Sequence record: NC_007456.1
DNA: 39,704 nucleotides
Origin: Escherichia phage K1F
Direction: 5' to 3' (one strand)
Below, piece after piece: positions 36,551 through 39,704 of this stretch; within the stretch, counting starts at the first letter, position 1, and every line of letters begins with the position of its first letter. The translations under genes were made by a program, and so were the position numbers. The notes under the pieces are model-generated. The model saw nothing but the letters and a program-made list of their open reading frames with translations. It had not been told where the DNA came from and made no database searches.

Positions 36551-37000
36551 ATGCTCGAATTTTTAAAGAGGGCGGCTCCGTGGTTACTTGCAGCAGTGAT
36601 GTTTGCTGGTGGCTACCACACCGCTAACAATAAGTGGGAGGCTAAGGTCAATGCGGAATACACCTCGAATCTTAAGGCATCGGAAGATACAAGGCTTGCT
36701 GTCCAAGCTGAAGTCAACAAAGTGTCCAAACGGTTTCAGGACGAAATGTCCTCGTTGGAAGGCAGCACTGATAGGATTATTGCTGACCTTAAGTCTGACA
36801 ATAAGCGGCTGCTCATCCGAGTCAAACCTACGAGTGGAACCACGCAAAGTGACGGTCGATGCTTCATTGATGGTTACGCCGAACTTGACGAACGAGATGC
36901 TAAACGTCTTATCGCCATCGGAGTGAAAGGAGACAAGTGGATTAAGGCCCTTCAAGACACTGTGAGAGCCTTACAGCAAGAGAAGGAGGTGACGCATTGA
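36551..37000 (+). CDS. 18.5: Rz-like i-spanin (T7 gene 18.5 homolog)
   Basis: N-terminal TM segment ([15 protein letters not shown]), coiled-coil periplasmic domain; SD GGGAGGG. Confidence 0.8.
   Translation: MLEFLKRAAPWLLAAVMFAGGYHTANNKWEAKVNAEYTSNLKASEDTRLAVQAEVNKVSKRFQDEMSSLEGSTDRIIADLKSDNKRLLIRVKPTSGTTQSDGRCFIDGYAELDERDAKRLIAIGVKGDKWIKALQDTVRALQQEKEVTH
36651..36926 (+). CDS. 18.7: Rz1-like o-spanin lipoprotein embedded in +1 frame of 18.5 (gene 18.7 homolog)
   Basis: Signal/lipobox [16 protein letters not shown]; ...RWKAALIGL...ISGCSSES...[15 protein letters not shown] resembles T7 gp18.7; ATG 36651 within track ORF 36603..36926 (TTG start). Confidence 0.75.
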   Translation: MRNTPRILRHRKIQGLLSKLKSTKCPNGFRTKCPRWKAALIGLLLTLSLTISGCSSESNLRVEPRKVTVDASLMVTPNLTNEMLNVLSPSE

Positions 37001-38757
37001 GTAAAGACTTAGTGGCGCGTCAGGCGCTAATGACTGCCCGTATGAAGGCAGACTTCGTGTTCTTCCTGTTCGTCCTGTGGAAAGCTCTGTCACTCCCGGT
37101 CCCGACTCGCTGTCAGATTGACATGGCGAAGAAACTATCGGCTGGTGACAACAGGCGTTTCATCTTACAGGCGTTCCGTGGTATCGGGAAGTCCTTCATT
37201 ACGTGTGCATTCGTGGTCTGGAAGCTATGGAACAACCCAGACTTGAAGTTCATGATTGTGTCGGCCTCAAAGGAACGAGCCGATGCGAACTCCATCTTCA
37301 TCAAGCGAATCATCGACCTCATGCCTCAGCTTAAGGAACTCAAACCTAAGCAGGGACAGCGAGATGCGGTTATCAGCTTCGACGTTGGACCAGCCAAGCC
37401 GGACCACTCACCTTCGGTTAAGTCCGTTGGTATCACTGGTCAGTTGACTGGTAGTCGTGCTGACATCCTGATTGCCGATGACGTGGAGGTTCCGAACAAC
37501 TCAGCGACTCAGGCTGCACGAGACCGTCTGTCAGAGCTTGTGAAAGAGTTCGATGCTATCCTGAAGCCCGGAGGCACAATCATCTATCTGGGTACTCCTC
37601 AGAACGAGATGACCCTGTATCGTGAGCTGGAAGGTCGTGGGTACACCACTACTATCTGGCCTGCTCGTTATCCACGCGACAGGAAGGACTGGCAGTCTTA
37701 CGGCGACCGTCTGGCTCCTATGCTTCAGGCAGAACTGGAAGAGGACCCTGAGTCCTTCTACTGGCGTCCGACCGACGAGGTACGCTTCGATGATACGGAC
37801 CTGAAGGAACGTGAGTTGTCATATGGCAAGGCTGGCTTCGCTCTACAGTTCATGCTTAACCCGAACCTGAGTGATGCTGAGAAGTACCCTCTGAAGCTCC
37901 GTGACCTTATCGTAGCCGACTTGGACCCAGCGTCTAGCCCAATGGTATACCAATGGCTTCCTAACCCTCAGAACAAGCGTGAGGACGTTCCTAACGTTGG
38001 ACTCATGGGTGACTCATACCACACGTATCAGACTGTAGGTTCTGCCTTCAGTTCGTACACCCAGAAGATTCTGGTCATTGACCCTAGTGGTCGTGGTAAA
38101 GATGAAACTGGTTATGCGGTACTGTACCAGCTCAACGGCTACATCTTCGCTATGGAAGTTGGCGGTATGCGAGGTGGCTATGAAGACTCTACGCTGGAAG
38201 CCTTGGCTAAGATTGGTCGTAAGTGGAAGGTCAACGAATACGTCATTGAGGGTAACTTCGGTGATGGTATGTACCTTGAGCTATTCAAGCCTGTAGCGGC
38301 CCGTATTCATCCTGCTGCTGTAACTGAAGTGAAGAGTAAGGGTCAGAAGGAACTCCGCATCTGTGACGTTCTGGAGCCTATCATGGGGTCTCACCGACTT
38401 ATCGTTAACGCTGCTGCTATCGTCCAAGACTACCAGTCAGCCTCTGATAAGGATGGTGTGCGTAACCCTATCTACTCTCTCTTCTACCAGATGACCCGTA
38501 TCTCTCGTGAACGTGGAGCCTTGGCACACGATGACCGACTTGATGCGCTGGCTATCGGTGTACAGTTCTTCGTTGAGTCGATGGCTAAGGATGCCAACAA
38601 AGGCGAACGTGAAGTCACTGAGGAGTGGCTGGAAGAACAGATGGAGAACCCACGGAAAGGCTTCGAGTCCATCCACACTGAGTTCTGGGACAATGGGGTC
38701 CGGGTAACTCATGATACAGACGAGCTGGGACTAGGGTCCTACGTTACGTTCCATTAG
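36997..38757 (+). CDS. 19: Terminase large subunit (T7 gene 19 homolog), 586 aa, apparent TTG start
   Basis: ...[50 protein letters not shown]... nearly identical to T7 gp19; TTG 36997 preceded by AAGGAGGTGA, overlaps 18.5 stop. Confidence 0.93.
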   Translation: MSKDLVARQALMTARMKADFVFFLFVLWKALSLPVPTRCQIDMAKKLSAGDNRRFILQAFRGIGKSFITCAFVVWKLWNNPDLKFMIVSASKERADANSIFIKRIIDLMPQLKELKPKQGQRDAVISFDVGPAKPDHSPSVKSVGITGQLTGSRADILIADDVEVPNNSATQAARDRLSELVKEFDAILKPGGTIIYLGTPQNEMTLYRELEGRGYTTTIWPARYPRDRKDWQSYGDRLAPMLQAELEEDPESFYWRPTDEVRFDDTDLKERELSYGKAGFALQFMLNPNLSDAEKYPLKLRDLIVADLDPASSPMVYQWLPNPQNKREDVPNVGLMGDSYHTYQTVGSAFSSYTQKILVIDPSGRGKDETGYAVLYQLNGYIFAMEVGGMRGGYEDSTLEALAKIGRKWKVNEYVIEGNFGDGMYLELFKPVAARIHPAAVTEVKSKGQKELRICDVLEPIMGSHRLIVNAAAIVQDYQSASDKDGVRNPIYSLFYQMTRISRERGALAHDDRLDALAIGVQFFVESMAKDANKGEREVTEEWLEEQMENPRKGFESIHTEFWDNGVRVTHDTDELGLGSYVTFH

Positions 38758-38766
38758 CTGAGTGAA

Positions 38767-38815
38767 TAACTATAGGTGAAAACTGCATGAATACGCAGTT
38801 AGTAACCTATAGTTA
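38767..38815 (+). other. Nested inverted repeat / hairpin downstream of terminase gene
   Basis: TAACTATAGGT (38767-38777) is the exact reverse complement of ACCTATAGTTA (38805-38815); inner AACTGC/GCAGTT pair around an 8-nt loop. Confidence 0.6.
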
Positions 38816-38851
38816 CTACCAGTCTAACCTACTGTTTTACAAGGAGTTTGG

Positions 38852-38874
38852 ACTTAACTATCACTATAGGAAGA
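38852..38874 (+). promoter_or_regulatory. Phage RNAP promoter copy 11 (ACTTAACTATCACTATA|GGAAGA), phiOR analog
   Basis: Consensus match downstream of gene 19, as T7 phiOR. Confidence 0.75.
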
Positions 38875-39052
38875 CTACCGGTTACTTATAGTATTACTGT
38901 AGTGAATATACATATGCAGACTTTATGCAAGACCTTAGGAGGCAGACTCCGAGTTCTTACCTAAGGCTTGCACCGATGGAAGGAGGTGATATTAATCATA
39001 ATACCTCCAATACAGATAGTCACAGACCATAGATACAGGAGGTATGTAGCAT

Positions 39053-39214
39053 ATGGCAAAGACCAAAGCTGTACTTAAAGCTCTGGCGACCAATCGAGCT
39101 ACATACAGGTTTCTTGCTGCTGTTCTACTTGCTGCTGGCGTTACTACTGCTGGAAGTCAGTGGGTCGGGTGGGTCGAGACTCTCATATGTTCTCTGGTGT
39201 CTGAGTGTCGTTAA
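39053..39214 (+). CDS. Small hydrophobic protein (53 aa), gene 19.5 position
   Basis: ATG with AGGAGG SD; Ala/Leu-rich hydrophobic core; last ORF region before right DTR. Confidence 0.45.
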   Translation: MAKTKAVLKALATNRATYRFLAAVLLAAGVTTAGSQWVGWVETLICSLVSECR

Positions 39215-39249
39215 CGCCGTAATGGTAACAATCAACGAAAGGAGGTAGT

Positions 39250-39318
39250 ATGGACGAAGAGTCTTACGGTTCGTTCTCTGAAGAGGACTATAAGACGGAG
39301 TGGGAATACGCCCATTGA
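39250..39318 (+). CDS. Possible 22-codon ORF with strong SD
   Basis: AAAGGAGGT 5 nt upstream of ATG; acidic peptide MDEESYGSFSEEDYKTEWEYAH. Confidence 0.25.
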   Translation: MDEESYGSFSEEDYKTEWEYAH

Positions 39319-39444
39319 AGACCTAAGGTCAGTTCATAGCTGACGCTACTCTACTGACCTTAGCTACTGTAGTCAAGGACTTTAGGTAACACCTTAAGAG
39401 AAGCTCACTTAGGGTCATCCTACTTATTGGTCTATCCTAGTGTC

Positions 39445-39490
39445 GCCTGACCTACGGTCCTTGACCTACAGTGGCTGTGGCCTACAGCAG
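39445..39490. repeat. Short direct repeats (CCTACGGT/CCTACAGT/CCTACAGC) next to right DTR
   Basis: Same CCTACAGT motif family as at 247-315 beside the left DTR. Confidence 0.65.
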
Positions 39491-39526
39491 TGACGATGAG
39501 TTTTGGACCAAAAGTTTGAGACCACA

Positions 39527-39704
39527 TCTCACAGTTCAAGAACCTCAAGTCTCCCCATAGGCCCTCTTTAAGTCCAGACCAAAGGCCCTACCCCAGTCTA
39601 TCATAAGGTTGGACCGATGGTCAAGACGTCAGGTCAACGATAGGTCTAGGCTATGGCTTAGGGAAGGACGATAGGTGGTGACTATTGGTCTGTCTCTGAG
39701 TCTC
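39527..39704. repeat. Right direct terminal repeat (DTR), 178 bp
   Basis: Exact copy of 1-178. Confidence 0.95.

Noticed and set aside
38766-38780. Partial promoter-like AACTATAGG lacking the upstream CACTATCAC block
   Set aside because: Matches only the -5 to +2 part of the consensus; better explained as an arm of the inverted repeat at 38767-38815

Overview
This window looks like a complete linear genome of a T7-like coliphage (Autographiviridae), not a novel system. It is bounded by a perfect 178-bp direct terminal repeat (1-178 = 39527-39704) and all convincing genes are on the + strand in T7 order: Ocr and small early ORFs, single-subunit RNA polymerase, gp1.2, ligase, early terminator, Gp2, SSB, endonuclease I, amidase/lysozyme, primase-helicase, DNA polymerase, exonuclease, portal, scaffold, capsid, Tphi terminator, tail tube A/B, internal virion proteins 13-16, tail spike, holin, small terminase, spanins, large terminase. 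Eleven copies of a phage promoter (about ACTAAACTATCACTATA|GGGAGA) are present. The tail spike is a 1064-aa protein with a T7 gp17-like N-terminus and a C-terminal intramolecular-chaperone domain after Ser911; from memory this matches the K1-capsule endosialidase of phage K1F, so identity should be confirmed by BLAST. Main points worth a second look: (1) the DNA polymerase gene is split by a 598-bp group I-type intron carrying an HNH endonuclease; (2) a GGTTTTC -1 frameshift site gives a capsid 10B extension; (3) a phage promoter sits directly upstream of the phage RNAP gene; (4) three early genes (1.1-like, 1.7-like, SSB 2.5) show frame breaks or an in-frame stop, either sequencing errors or real recoding/mutations; (5) conserved processing-site-like elements and end-proximal repeat arrays. 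No CRISPR array, tRNA, integrase or defence-system cassette was seen. All homology statements are from visual comparison with remembered T7 proteins; no searches were run.
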